Below are positions 30,316 through 42,500 of a stretch of 64,000 bases of DNA, piece after piece. The notes beneath the pieces were generated by a model. That model ran no database searches. It saw nothing but the letters and a program-made list of their open reading frames with translations, and had not been told where the DNA came from. Both the position numbers and the translations under genes were made by a program. The DNA comes from Flectonema sp. DT1601. Taxonomy: Eukaryota. How positions within the stretch are numbered: position 1 is the stretch's first letter; every line of letters starts with the position of its first letter. The stretch spans positions 1-64,000 of the forward strand of contig OZ025806.1 of the NCBI GenBank assembly GCA_964019425.1. The letters are read 5' to 3'.

Positions 30316-32107
30316 TTACTGCGGTAAATTAGTGTACATGTCACTAAAGTCAAAGGACTTAACATTTCTATAGCTGAGACAAGTGTAGTTAGCTTTAATA
30401 TACTTAGCTACCTCATCAACATTGTCAACTATGAAATATTTCTGTATTCCGGTTTTCCTTTCTTCCTCTTTTTCTATCGTTTTAATTCTAAACGAACGCG
30501 TTTTTTTTAAGATGCCTGACAGCTCTTTTGACATCTCTGTAGTTGCAGTGAGAGGTTTGCCTCTAAACAAACACTTGTCACCTTCCTTTTGAATATCGAA
30601 GTTTGTTTTTGAGGAAGAACCAGCTATGAAACGAAACTTCATCGGTTTCTTGTGAAACTTCGGACTACCATAAAGATATGGTAAGTTGTTTGTGTGTCTG
30701 AAGCCGTGTTTTTTGTTAAGTTTTTCTAACCTAATCATTTCCTCCTTGGTCTCTTCAATGTTGTATTCTTTGTAGACATTACAACCGTTGATTTGGTTGT
30801 TGAGGGTTTGTTGGTACAAATGTCTACAACACAGAGCTAGGTCGTGTGTTGTCTTGTCAATCTGGAGAAAATCCATGTGTTCTTTGATTTTAGTAATCTC
30901 CTTTTGTACCGTTTGTAGTTCATTATTGTTTTGTAATGGTGGCATTTTACTGATGTAACCTCTCAGGGTTGTTTTTAGAAAAATCGCAAGATTAGTAAAC
31001 TTGCTGTGATCATAATGCAATGAGATGAAATCATCAACTGCTGATTCTACTTCTTTGAGGATCTCATCGCTGTTATCATGTAGGCGATAACGGCCACCTT
31101 TGAGAAGTAGGTTTTTGAATCTCTTTGTTGTCAGCAGCTTTGAAGCGTGAATTAGAACGTGAGAGTCTGTTCGTTTATTTTTGTCAACAAAGTTTTGGCA
31201 AGGGCATTCTTTAGCCGATTTCAAATCTGTTTTTTGGAAGAAACCTACTCTCCGTCGCATGATCACAAAGGGTGTCTCTGAGAGTTGTATTGAGTCTACG
31301 AGAGACTTTCATTCTGGTTAGAGGTTCTGTGCTTCCTGCTGCTAGTTCTAAAGCTTCTTTGCAATTAAATATTCCATTGAAAGGAATATTCTCCATGGCA
31401 GGGGGTACAAATTTGACTTTTAACCAGGCTGCTTTTTGTTTGCCCTGTCTTTTTTCTGATTCTTCAGTGAGACATAACAAGCGTTTTTGTAAAGCATTGA
31501 TAATTATATTCATCTTATCAAGTATTTGGTGCTTAGCATCAATATATTGAAAAATTCAACGTACGGAGTATGTCCATTCCGAGGTAATATCTTCATTTAA
31601 AGAATCGAGATTCAGCAGATGGTTGATCTGTCTTCGGACTGAAGCAAATTTCCCTGCATTGGTTTCTATTGTGAGTTTGTAATCCTCCGTATGATACCAG
31701 GTTCTGAGTTGTGATTTGTCACGTTTCTCTTTGGGTCTGTCTCTTTTATCATCAGGGATAATGGGGGGGTTTACCTTCCGTTTTTTCCCTCTCTCGACGT
31801 TCAAATCGATCCATGTTCAAAGGAGCGTTTAGGTGTTTCAGCCAGAAAACTTCGCCCGGGTCTGCAGCTGTTCTAAAAACACTAACAGGTAGTTCCAGGT
31901 TTCAGTTGACTTTTTCAAGTGTAGCTGCATAGAGAGGTCCTCCTCTTCGGAAGAGGTATTTCTGTAGGGTCCTTTTCTTGGAGTACCTTGAAGACCAGTG
32001 CGCAAAGCTGTTTTACTCTTAGGTTTAGTCACATGTTTCTTTTTCAAGTTGACTTTATCTTCGTTGGGTTTATTGGTGACATTCTTTGAAATATTCGAAT
32101 TATCCAT
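30316..32107 (-). pseudogene. Penelope-like element RT remnant (frameshifted, truncated after RT motif A)
   Basis: IDKTTHDLALCCRHLY, LPYLYGSPKFHKKPMKFRFIAGS, KSFDFSDMYTNLPQ; upstream frames are broken. Confidence 0.8.
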
Positions 32108-32591
32108 CGTAACCTTTTTATTCCCATTCTTGAAAAATGTATCCTTCCATTAAATACTCGGGTTAACTTAAGCTTTCTTAAAGGGGTCCTTGTTCTTTTT
32201 TGGATCAATCTGATAATGTTTGATCTTTTGAGAGGCGTTAAAGCCTTGTTTCCATTGGTCTTGTGCTCAAAGTCTATGGTTTTTTTCCATGATTTTGGAG
32301 CCATCTTTAATGAAATGCCTTTTCGGTATCTTATTAATGTTGTTAGAGTCATACACCTGACATATAAAACCTAACTCGGATAGATCAAAGGACCAGTGCC
32401 AGCCTGGCTTAGGTTTTTTCGACCACGGAAAATTACTGAAGTTATGAAGAGGTTATGAAGAGAACTTTGACTGCTGTCACGTAAGAAAACAATCAATCCA
32501 AAGGGCTGTACTGTGACCAATACAAATGGTCAGACCTGTACAGACAGGTTTTCCCCGAAATGTGTTACAAACAATAAATAAAAAGTTATAC

Positions 32592-32912
32592 CTCAGGAGC
32601 ATTTGGCACCTTGTCAAGCAGTGTTCTCTTCTCAGTCTTCAGTTCTTGTAATTCCCTTGTTAGCCTATCGTATTTCCTGTCAGCAACTCTTTCTTCAGGT
32701 GACAGGTCTTCTTCTTTCTCTTTCTTTAGCTCAATTGTGTCGATGTCAATCCCCTGGATCTGGGTTTCCTTCTCATCAATCTTCATTGACACTTTATTTA
32801 GTTCTTCATGCAAATCAAATGCATGTGGCACTGACATCGTTTTGTGCGGGGTATCTATGGTATAAGGAATAAATGCTGTGAACCTGAACTTGATATCACG
32901 GATCTGACTCAT
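32592..32912 (-). CDS. Coiled-coil 5' exon (header); start ATG at 32912 or 32837
   Basis: Charged heptad-like sequence ending PNAPE at a GAG|GTATAA phase-0 donor (32591). Confidence 0.5.
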
Positions 32913-33123
32913 ACTTGTGATTGTCGACGCAAGCTTCCAACTAATAAACTACCACAACGCATGTTGAGAACAAATGCGGATAACTTCAACCCCAGTTACC
33001 GTCATGGTCACTGCCATAATCACCGCCATATTAGCGGTGTAGGTTCTTTTTTTTTTCCCTATGTTCGGTTTCGGAAAAAAAAAAAGGGAAAAAAAAACAC
33101 ATCCCATAATAATATAAAATTAA

Positions 33124-34207
33124 CCCTCTCAAACGAGAGCAGGCTGTATATCTCCAAACATAAAACTTGCCGAAAAACAGTCGGCAGGATTTGAAGAAAA
33201 GACTCGCAAAACTAATAATAACTAATAACTCGGGTTGCCTTTAATTTAGCACAATGACCTTACTATGTATTGCAACGCAATTGTTGGCTGGGAACCAGAT
33301 ATGTGACCAGAAGCAAAAAACCTAATTTTTTAAAATAAATTTGCTCTCGAACTTATTAGCTGCAAGATCCGTATCGCTGGATTAGGAAGAGAAATAAAAA
33401 AGAAAAAGTGCCGATCAAACTACCGTGCAAGTAGACAGGTACACCAAAACGATGGGAGGTGTTAACCTGATGGATAGCGTGAAGGGAAGGGCGAACAGAA
33501 ACCTTCAAACTAAACGATGGCATCTAAAGGTTTTCGACTACTTGCTGAAAGTTTCAATGTTCAACACGTTTACCCTTCAAAAGAAATGCGGTAAGGATAC
33601 TGGCACCTACATACGGTATGTAGAGGAGCTCGCTATGCAACTCGTCAGTGACGGGACGTCGAGAGACAAGACAACCAATACTACATCTACTATTGACTCG
33701 GGTTCGCACTTTTCACACATGTTCAGCACCACTGAGCACTATCCATCAATATTTGGCGCTGCTAAACAATGTAAGTATCACAATACTCGAGTGAGGACTA
33801 CTTATGGATGCCAGGGGTGTAAGGTTTTTATGTGTCCTGCACCCTGTTTTGGCAAATACCACTTAAATCTTACAAAGGGGAGAACTTTTGCGTCCCATAC
33901 CACCACCTCTGTGTCGGGAGGTGCTATTCGGGAAGAATGTACGAAGGGGAAGACCCCTGCACTCACAACAACATCAAAATTGAAGAGGCGCAGGGAGTCA
34001 TAAGAACTGAGCTTATTTTTGTCTTTGGTGGTGTTTTCATTTGTTCTGTTCACCCTTTAGGTGGTGAATGTGTGTGTATTTTTAACGGGCAGGCAATGGC
34101 GGTTCACTTTGTCACATCACCTTTCCGAGCCCCCCTACCCCTTTTCCCCGTTAGCTCTTTTTTCAAAAAAAGTCAAGAAACCGGGTTTTACCCCCGTCCG
34201 TAATGGG
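33124..34207 (+). mobile_element. Internally deleted piggyBac remnant (transposase C-terminus at 33425-34003)
   Basis: YTKTMGGVNLMD..KRWHLKVFDYLL and CQGCKVFMCPAPCFGKYH. Ends are TTAA-CCC (33120) and GGG-TTAA (34205-34211), but the TIR match is poor, so the left end is uncertain. Confidence 0.7.
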
Positions 34208-34609
34208 TTAAGAGCTTTTAAGAGCACAAGGGGAGAACATGCCTCTAGATTCAAAGGTTTAAAGAATAAAGTAACAAGCTAACATTTGGATGACGAATCC
34301 ATAACGTGTTACACATCCTAAGAACATACGCAAGCGTAATGTACTTCGGACAAATCTGCTTGTGTTATTTGTACGTGTACTCTGCTCACAGCGGGTTGTC
34401 GCAAATGCTTCAACCTGGGTACAGAGTCAACACACTTTTTGCTGATCTTGTGCTTGGGCCATGTTGATGCAATCTGTAGAGGAAAATAGTAAATCAGGTG
34501 TTTTTCTGTTTTTAGTATGACTCTGATTCAAATAAAAAAAAAATCAGGTGAGACCCTCATGAGTACTATTTGGTTAACTCATTTAAAGACGGGGGGGGGG
34601 GGGGGGGTA

Positions 34610-36451
34610 GGGGGGGGTACAAGCATCGATTTTACGGAGATTTTGGGCACTTTCGGTTTTTTTCCGGAGAACAAGTTTTTTGGGCACCCAAATTATGAAA
34701 ACTGCAACATATACCCCAAAAATGGGGATTGCGATCCAAAGAAACAGTTCTTCGGCACTTTAGAGCAAGTCTTTGAAAAATCTCAAAAAGTGTGGACCGT
34801 GTGGTACCTGAGGGGGGTGAAAACAAGGGGTGTGTTAGGAGGGCTCACAAAAATTACAAGTAATTCCGTGCATTGAGCAATCCATAACCAGGGCGTCCCT
34901 CTGAGTTGTGTGGGAGATGAAATGGGAACCCAATTTATGATTTTATCGACCCATCTTGAACCTTAATAATATGCTCCACCAGACCGGGCTTGTTAATTCC
35001 CCCATCTTCGATGCTTAGGCTACTGGCCTTCTCTTGAACATCCCATGTGCTCAGCTTTCGAAATTTGGCCCCAAGCTGTGCTTCTTTCTGTACAAGATAG
35101 ACGGAGGACCAATTCTTGGATGCAGATGGCAGATTTGCATTAGACCTTGCTGTCTAGAGGTCTTCCCCGTGAGGACGGGGTGGTACGTTCAGCCCCTGTA
35201 GCGCCTCCTGTTGTGCTTGTTCTTGCCAATCTGAAGAGGGTCGGTGGTCCTGCGTTGATGTGGTAGCCTTTGGAAGCCCATGTGCCTCTGGAATATGTTG
35301 TACATTATCAGTAGGGCAGCATTCACGCCACCGGTTCTGTCAGTTGACCAAGAACTATCAACAACACTGAATAACCTCCCCATCCCTTGAGGGGTGCAGG
35401 ATGACAACGAACACAACGGTTGTTAGCTTCATCCCACGAGCACGACGGGCACTAGAGGAAGTATCATGCTGCAGCGATGTGACGGAGGGTGAGGAGGAAG
35501 CTGCTGCTTCAAGAAGTCAGGACTTAGTTGGATGTCTCTGCGCCGATCCCTTCTTGCCGCAATATCTGCAGTGTTGTTACGACTCCAAGACTCCAGGAGT
35601 ATATCCCCCTCGTTTGGGTACAGTTGCAAGCGGATGTGTCTTCCGTACTTCTTCGTATGCTGCATGTACTGCAGTGTCTTGTATGCCCTGCTAGTGAGCA
35701 TGGTTGGGTCTTAAGTGATGCCTTGAACGGCTTTTTGGATGGAGCATGTTGCCCTATGTCGCTGCTGCTTATCTATGGCACTACTATTTGAGGCACTACC
35801 ACTACAGCTGTCTTGAGGCTTATCCCTGTTTGGGGTACAGACGTGGCGCTTTCTCTATTCTCTGAGCCTTCTGTGATCACGATGCAGATACTGGACGTTT
35901 TTTGAACCCCTTTCTCACGCGTATCCTGTTTCTGACTGTCCAAGTGCTGTTGAGTGACTTCAGGGATGCCTCGGGAGGTGTTTTCATGCACTCTGGGATC
36001 AATGCTCTCCTCCGCAGAATGACTTTGTGAGCTGCCCTGCAGAACGTCGTTTTCCGCTGCGTTATCCTGCCCGTGAGCCGCGCGGCCTCAAGCATGGCCG
36101 CTCGAGAGTGCTACTCTTTTTCGTGGCGTGTTCTTGAAGCGGAAACTGATACGGAAATGGTATATTAGCACACTGCGTGCACAGGGACACACTAAGGTCA
36201 CCTCTTCTCATTGTAAAAAAAAATTATTTGAAGGTGCATTTCACAGGCCTCAAAATTGAACCCCCAGGTACCACACGGTCCACACTTTTTGAGATTTTTC
36301 ATTCCTTTGCCGAAATCAGCCAAATCGAGGTTTTTTCGGCCCCGAAATCACATTTTTGGGGGTTCTGATGGGGTCCTGGGTAATTTTTGCCCCCGGGAAG
36401 GTTATATTTACCAAAATTCGGAAAAAGTACTTTATCGACAGCTTGTACCCC
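34610..36451. mobile_element. TIR DNA element without an intact transposase, inserted at TA between G-runs
   Basis: GGGGTACAAGC/GCTTGTACCCC ends, an inverted ~40-bp subterminal block (34773-34817 vs 36261-36301), and TA on both sides. Confidence 0.7.
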
Positions 36452-36823
36452 TAGGGGGGGGGGGGGGGGGGGGGGGGGGGTCCACTTAAAATATTGTACC
36501 CGCTATTTTGGGGGTTCTTACGGTGGTGTAAGGGTTAAGCTATTTTCCTTTAGCAGTGGATCTACTATTATTTTGTGCACCAAGAATGCTGCTTTTTAAT
36601 ACATTTCTGCCCACATGGGCATGAAAACAGGTCCCTTACTTTTTAATACTGATGAATAAATAACCTGACACGAAACCATAAACAGAAAGAAGGCAGACCG
36701 CTGAAGCAGTCGTTTGATTCACAATTGGTGTACATCACACTTATTAGATATGCTTTAGGAGAATAATTAATTTAATAATTGTATGCAGATAAAGTTACTT
36801 TGGAAAACTCGATGCTACCAGAA

Positions 36824-37110
36824 GGAGCAGCTGATTAGCTGCGTGACGCCGCGTAATATTTTGAAGAGGCTTCTCTTCTTTTCTTATTTTGTGTTGGATG
36901 TGATTTAAGATAAAAATCTGTGGAAATGAAAAGAAGATTAGTAGCAGGTTGCGGACTTTTCATATATTTTTTAAAATACTTCCTTTGTCAGTAGTACTCC
37001 AGAGGTTTGGTTTTATTGGAGAGGAACGAGCGTTGCGTAGGTGTACCAAAACACCATAATTTTTTTTAAGTAGAGGGGAAATGAACCCAATCCCGTTAGT
37101 ACTATCATTA
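36824..37110 (-). pseudogene. 5' stub of a third copy of the RTX-like gene (ATG mutated to ATA)
   Basis: Matches ~52841-53128; TAATATTTTG here versus TAACATTTTG in the intact copy. Confidence 0.8.
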
Positions 37111-38071
37111 AGTTAGTATTAATGGTTATCAGTCAAAAGAAGGGAGGGCGGGAAAATTCAATCGAATGCAAAAGTTCGTAGGTGGTTTCGGGATAAGATA
37201 AAAATCTTTCTTCGGACCATTCCCCTTACAGCGAAGAAAGTAAGGGGGACACCGCGGGCCTGTCCTACTCATAACTAACTAACTTATCATTAAGTTAGTA
37301 TCATTAATTTTAGAACAGAAAAGTGAGAATAAGAAAAGTAGAGATTAGTAAAAGAAAAGTATTCATTTCTGCAGTTTCCTAACATCAAAAGGGTAATAGA
37401 ATATGTAGTTTCAGGAGCCTTAATCTTATACTACTTGTCCCTTTTTAGGTCTTCATCAGTAAGTTCTAAGGGACTTCATTCTATGTTGAAGTTGCTATCG
37501 TATAATTGTTAGTTAGTTCCATCAGACCACCGAGTATCGGTTAGGCTGACACTCAAAGAGTACCGGGTGGCTCTTCTGAGGGTCCCCAATACTGCGGTTG
37601 AAGGAAGAACCTTATCCCGGGGGGATTATTTTGTTAGTATCAGCACAGGGATCAGGAAATCTAGAAACACTTTGCTTCCACCTTGTCGGGTATACTAGCA
37701 GGAAACCACGCAATTAAGTAAGCAACAAAAAAAAAAAAAAAAATTAAGCAGTTTGCAGAAAATCTGCGAAACTGTGTCTCACCAAGTAATAGAACGAGAA
37801 AGGCAAATTGATGAATAGCTGGAAAGGCATAAAAATATTTGAAACGAAAAAAAATAAAAAAAAATAATAATAAACGCTCCGCAGCAACTCGAACATCGAA
37901 TAAGAGTTTTCAGTCCAAAAAAAGAAAACTTTCGGTCGGTGGGTATCGTTATAAGATAGTGCAAAAATAAAAAAAAGAAACGTTTAAACACATTGTTCTG
38001 CTGTTCCATATTACGCTGTTGGAATACGTAGTTTCCTGTCCTTCTTTAGGTATTCATCAGTAAGCTCTGGG

Positions 38072-38396
38072 GACTTACCAATTAGTTTAGGTCAGTTGCA
38101 AAAAAAGCAATCGAACTTCTTAATGTTAAAGGGGCTAGCATATATTTGCTCCTGATCAGGTAGACAGATACAAAGAAAGCGGCCTTCCGATGATACAATA
38201 ATCAAAATAGCGGGACAGTAAAACTTAGTTTCCTGTCGGGGACTTACCAATTAGTTTAGGTTAGTTGCAAAAAAGTTCAATCGAACTTCTTAATGTTAAA
38301 GGGGCTAGCATATATATGCTCCTGATCAGGTAGACAGATACAAAGAAAGCGGCTTTCCAATGATACAATAATCAAAATAGCGGGACAGCAAAACTT
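38072..38396. repeat. ~165-bp local tandem duplication in spacer, single-copy in the second unit
   Basis: GGGACTTACCAATTAGTTTAGG...GCGGGACAG occurs twice here and once near 53475-53630. Confidence 0.8.
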
Positions 38397-39583
38397 CTCC
38401 ACAGAAACGCATGTGAAGTCCATCGTAAAAAAAAGAAATGCAACGGAACAAGTGCGTAGCTCCTATTCAAAAAAACCGAATTAGAATACACCAACGACAC
38501 GAAATAAAGATCTGAACGCAAAAAAGAAAATCCTTCACAAGAAAAACGATGCCGATACTGAAAGTGAATAGAGCAAAAAGAGAATCTAGGTTCGCTCGTT
38601 TACGAGCTTGGGTGGCTAAGCCTGGGAAGGGAAGGAACGAGGAGGAGGCTAGTTGTTTGCACAGAAGTCCATATACCTAGACCGCCATGACGCGACACAG
38701 ACTCCTCAAAAAAAGATATTCCCGTGATGGATGTTATAATTGTTATTAGAGAACGGGAAAGATGTGATTTTTGCAAAATTTAGGATGCCTGCGTTACCAT
38801 CGAAAACAAGTTTCTGGTGTGCAGCAGGTTTTGGATCCCAACTTGGTGTGTCAAAGCATGACATCAACAACTGTTGGTCGACAAAAAGCAGAATCATCTT
38901 CGGGACAAACCAGAACCAAAATTGAAGAAATGAAAACTTCTTTCAGTCCCCTCAGTCCCTTTGAGAGCGTTCCACAGAAAGCTGTCTCATAGCTAACACA
39001 GCTTCAAAGCAGATCGGAATTGCTTTTCCTCCACAGCAAAATAATAGAAAACAAGAAAACGGGAAAGATGTGATTGTTTGTGGTATAAACGAAATCCGAT
39101 TTCATCCGAAGTGACTTGTGCAAACAAACCGGGAAAATAATCTAAGGATTTCAAGATTTCCTTTTTGTAAGTTGAGATGCGAATCGATTCAGGAATCGTT
39201 CTCCTAAGTTCCTACACAAACACTCCTTTTTACGAACACAAAAAGACGGTCGAGCTCATCATGTGTACACAGTACGCGACGTGCTGCTACACAAATCAAA
39301 AGGGTGTCAACTCTTTTTTTTGGAAGGAACTTAGGGAACAAAAAAAAAAAAAAAAAAAAGACACAAAAGAAAGAAAACGAAAACGAGATTGTCACCACTC
39401 GGAATTGTCATCAAGTCCGCCGTTTGTGGTAGTAAAACGCAAAAACAAGAATGTCTGACAAAAGTTATTGGATTGGTTGAAGAGAAAGGTTTGGCAACCG
39501 TTTCCACATTGTGGATCGGTGGCAATGAGGTTACACATTACACGTGCAATCTCAAGTAAAGTTTTTCCGATCGAATGAGGTCG

Positions 39584-42500
39584 CTAGAAACTCCAGCGAT
39601 CCCACCAGTCGTGATGGTCGTCGTTGTCTCCACGCCAACCGTGTGAGTGCCTGCCGTGGTGATGAGAAGAGTGACCGTAACTCCATACGTCATGGTGATA
39701 GTGGTTGTGGTGGTGATAGTCATCATCGTGGTGAAGGTAGTGAAGAGGTCTTCCAAAGTGACCAGTCCATCCGTAACCCCAGAGGTACGCGTGGTAAGAG
39801 TATCTGTTGTAGTAGTTCAACACTCGGTGGTGATGGTTCTTGTAGCGATACAGGTTGCCAAAAGTTCCAATTCCGAACACTCCGTTCCCCCACCAGACTC
39901 TGTAGTAGCGATCGTGAGAGTACAGCGGAGCGTTGATTGCCAGAACTCCATCCAAAGACAACTCGTTCAAGCAGGTTTTGTGAACAGCATCCAAGTACGT
40001 CTGAGCCAGGTGCTCAGCGATGCTGTGGTGGTGGTGTTGGTCGTCCCAGTCATCGTCCCAGTGCCAACCCCATCTCGTGTACACCTTTTTTGTGTCTAGA
40101 ACCGTATCGTCCCTGTCTTTGATAATGATGTCGTGTTGCTCGCCACCCGACAACGTGTTTGCTCCAAACGGGGTGTCCTTGTGACAAGACTTGTAGTGAG
40201 CAACCCTCTTCCAGTGGGAGTGGTGGAACGAGTCGTGGGTGAGGTCGTAAAACTTGTCGTCTGTGACGATGACGGTGTTGGTCAACTTCCAAAGAGTGAT
40301 AACAGTCGCAGCATTCCATCCAACAACAAGGTCGTTGCCACCTTCTCCGTAAAGGAAATCCGACAAAGACAACTCCGACTCCGGTTCCACAACAATGTGA
40401 GCCGGGCTCACGTATCTCGGCTTTGCAGGCGTTTTCTTCCCCTTGTTGTCTTTGTTGTCTTTGTTGTCCTTTTTGTCTTTCTTGTCCCTCTTTTTCCACC
40501 ACTGTGTTTCAGTTCCACGCGACCTGTCTTCGTGGTCCTTGTCCCAATCCCACCAGTCGGTGAAGTCCTTGTTATCTCCGTCGTTGTCGTCGTCGTCGGT
40601 CGACCCCTCGACGAACGTGCCCCTGATGTCGAACCACGTCAGAGACGCCAACCACTCGAAGTCACCGTTTCTGTAAGGAGTGTGGCGGTAGTTACCCTTG
40701 TGCTTCGGATTCACCAGCCTGTCCTCCAACAGCTTCACAATCTTCTGCAAGTGCCCATCCTGCACGTCGCTGATCTTCCTGTGCCTGTTGTGCCCCGAAG
40801 GTCCGAACAGGTAACCGTCAAACGTCGTCACCGATACCAGCGAGTAGTCCACCGATGAGGGAATCGTCTCCGTCCCCACCGTGCGCGGTGTCCGATCCCC
40901 AAGTCGTTTTCGGGAGGAGGTTCCACATCGTGCGATCGTGGATGTTCGGAATCTCAGGTGACGCATCGGAAGTCCGCAACCACGTGATCATGAAGCTGGT
41001 GCGCCATCAGGTGCAGCACATCCGAAAACACGTTTCTCGTGAACAAGGACGGGTCGAACTCTCCTCCGAAACTGTAAGTTGCCACCGATCCCGCCACTCC
41101 CTTCGTCACGAGAACAGACGTGTCACCCGTTATCAAATCATTCCCATCCCCGCCGTTGATCACGTCGTTCGAGAAGTGAATTCGTGCAACGGGGCCCTCT
41201 CTTGGTCTCGCGCAAGTCGTACAACGAAGTGATGATCGAATGGTGCAGCTCGTACAGGAAGTGCGCCGTGTCTACAGCGATGGTTTCGTAGTCGTTGAAG
41301 ATGTACATCAACTGAGTCACGGTGTCCACCATCGAGTCGAACTCGAGATCTCCGAACTGCACGACGTCGATGAACCCTTCCAGCGCGTCTCCGATCAACG
41401 TATCGTTCCCACCGTCACCGTAGATCTGATCGTTTCCAATCCTCGTGACGTTCGGCAGCCCGTACTTTCCCCGTTGGTGCTCCAAAGTACCGGCATCCGC
41501 CGAGATGAGCGCCCAACGGACCTCGATCTCGTCCCACCTCGCAGCAGCCACCTCCCTCAGGGTGACCAACTCCGGAACTTCCAAGTTCAAGAAAGCATGG
41601 TAGAACGCCGTGTCTCCGGTTATCAAGTCGTTGCCAGCTCCTCCGTGGAGCTCGTCCGATCCGAACAATTCGTCAACGTGTCGAGCGGCGTCCGGGATCA
41701 TTGAGACGTGTGGTCGCAGCGACAGCTCCGAGAAGTCGGTCCGAACCAGGTCCCCCACGCCAGCAGCCCCGAGCATCAGCAGATACTCGTCCGCGAAAGT
41801 CGTGGCAATCGCCGAGTCCTCGAAGGCTCGCATCGCGTGTGACCTCGTTACTTGTTCCGGAAGTATCTGCAGAGGGGTGTGGATCACTTCACCGAAGAAG
41901 CCAATCTCAACAGGAAACGCGCTGGCATCGTCGCCTGGCAGAATTCGAAGCGTCTTCAAAACCAACGGCACGCACGAATCGTAGTAGTACGAACTGCTGA
42001 CGTCGTCTCCGTAGATTACATCCTCCCCGTCGTCTCCGAAAATCTTGTCAGCGCCACGCTGTCCGATCAGCCAGTCGTTCCCGTCGCCTCCGTGGATCTC
42101 GTCGTCTCCCGCCTTCACGAGCTCCAGTCCGGCGATCATCGTCTCCCATGCCGTCACGCTGGTCATGTGCTTCGTCCCACTCGTCGTGTTGAACGTTCCA
42201 AACGACACCAAAACATCCAAATTCAAAACCGACAGGGCCTCGTCTTCACTGAACACGTGCGTCTTGGAAGTTTCCGAAATGTACTTCAAGTACGACACGT
42301 CTTCGAGAACGATGTTCCGATGCCAGCTCCCGGTGATGGGGTTCAAACGGGGACGTCCGTTTTCCAAGAACGACCGCAGGATCGAACCCGTGTCTCCCAG
42401 GATCGTATCCTGACCGCCGTCCCCGTGCAGCGTGTCCGACCCGAGCTCTCCGTAAATCTCATCGTCGCCGGCTCCTCCCGAAATGAAATCGTTTCCTCGC

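Noticed and set aside
37400..38080. Hammerhead-like CTGATGA...GAAAC motifs on the minus strand (also ~53430-53480)
   Set aside because: Stems I-III and a cleavage triplet could not be paired convincingly; an Infernal search would be needed.
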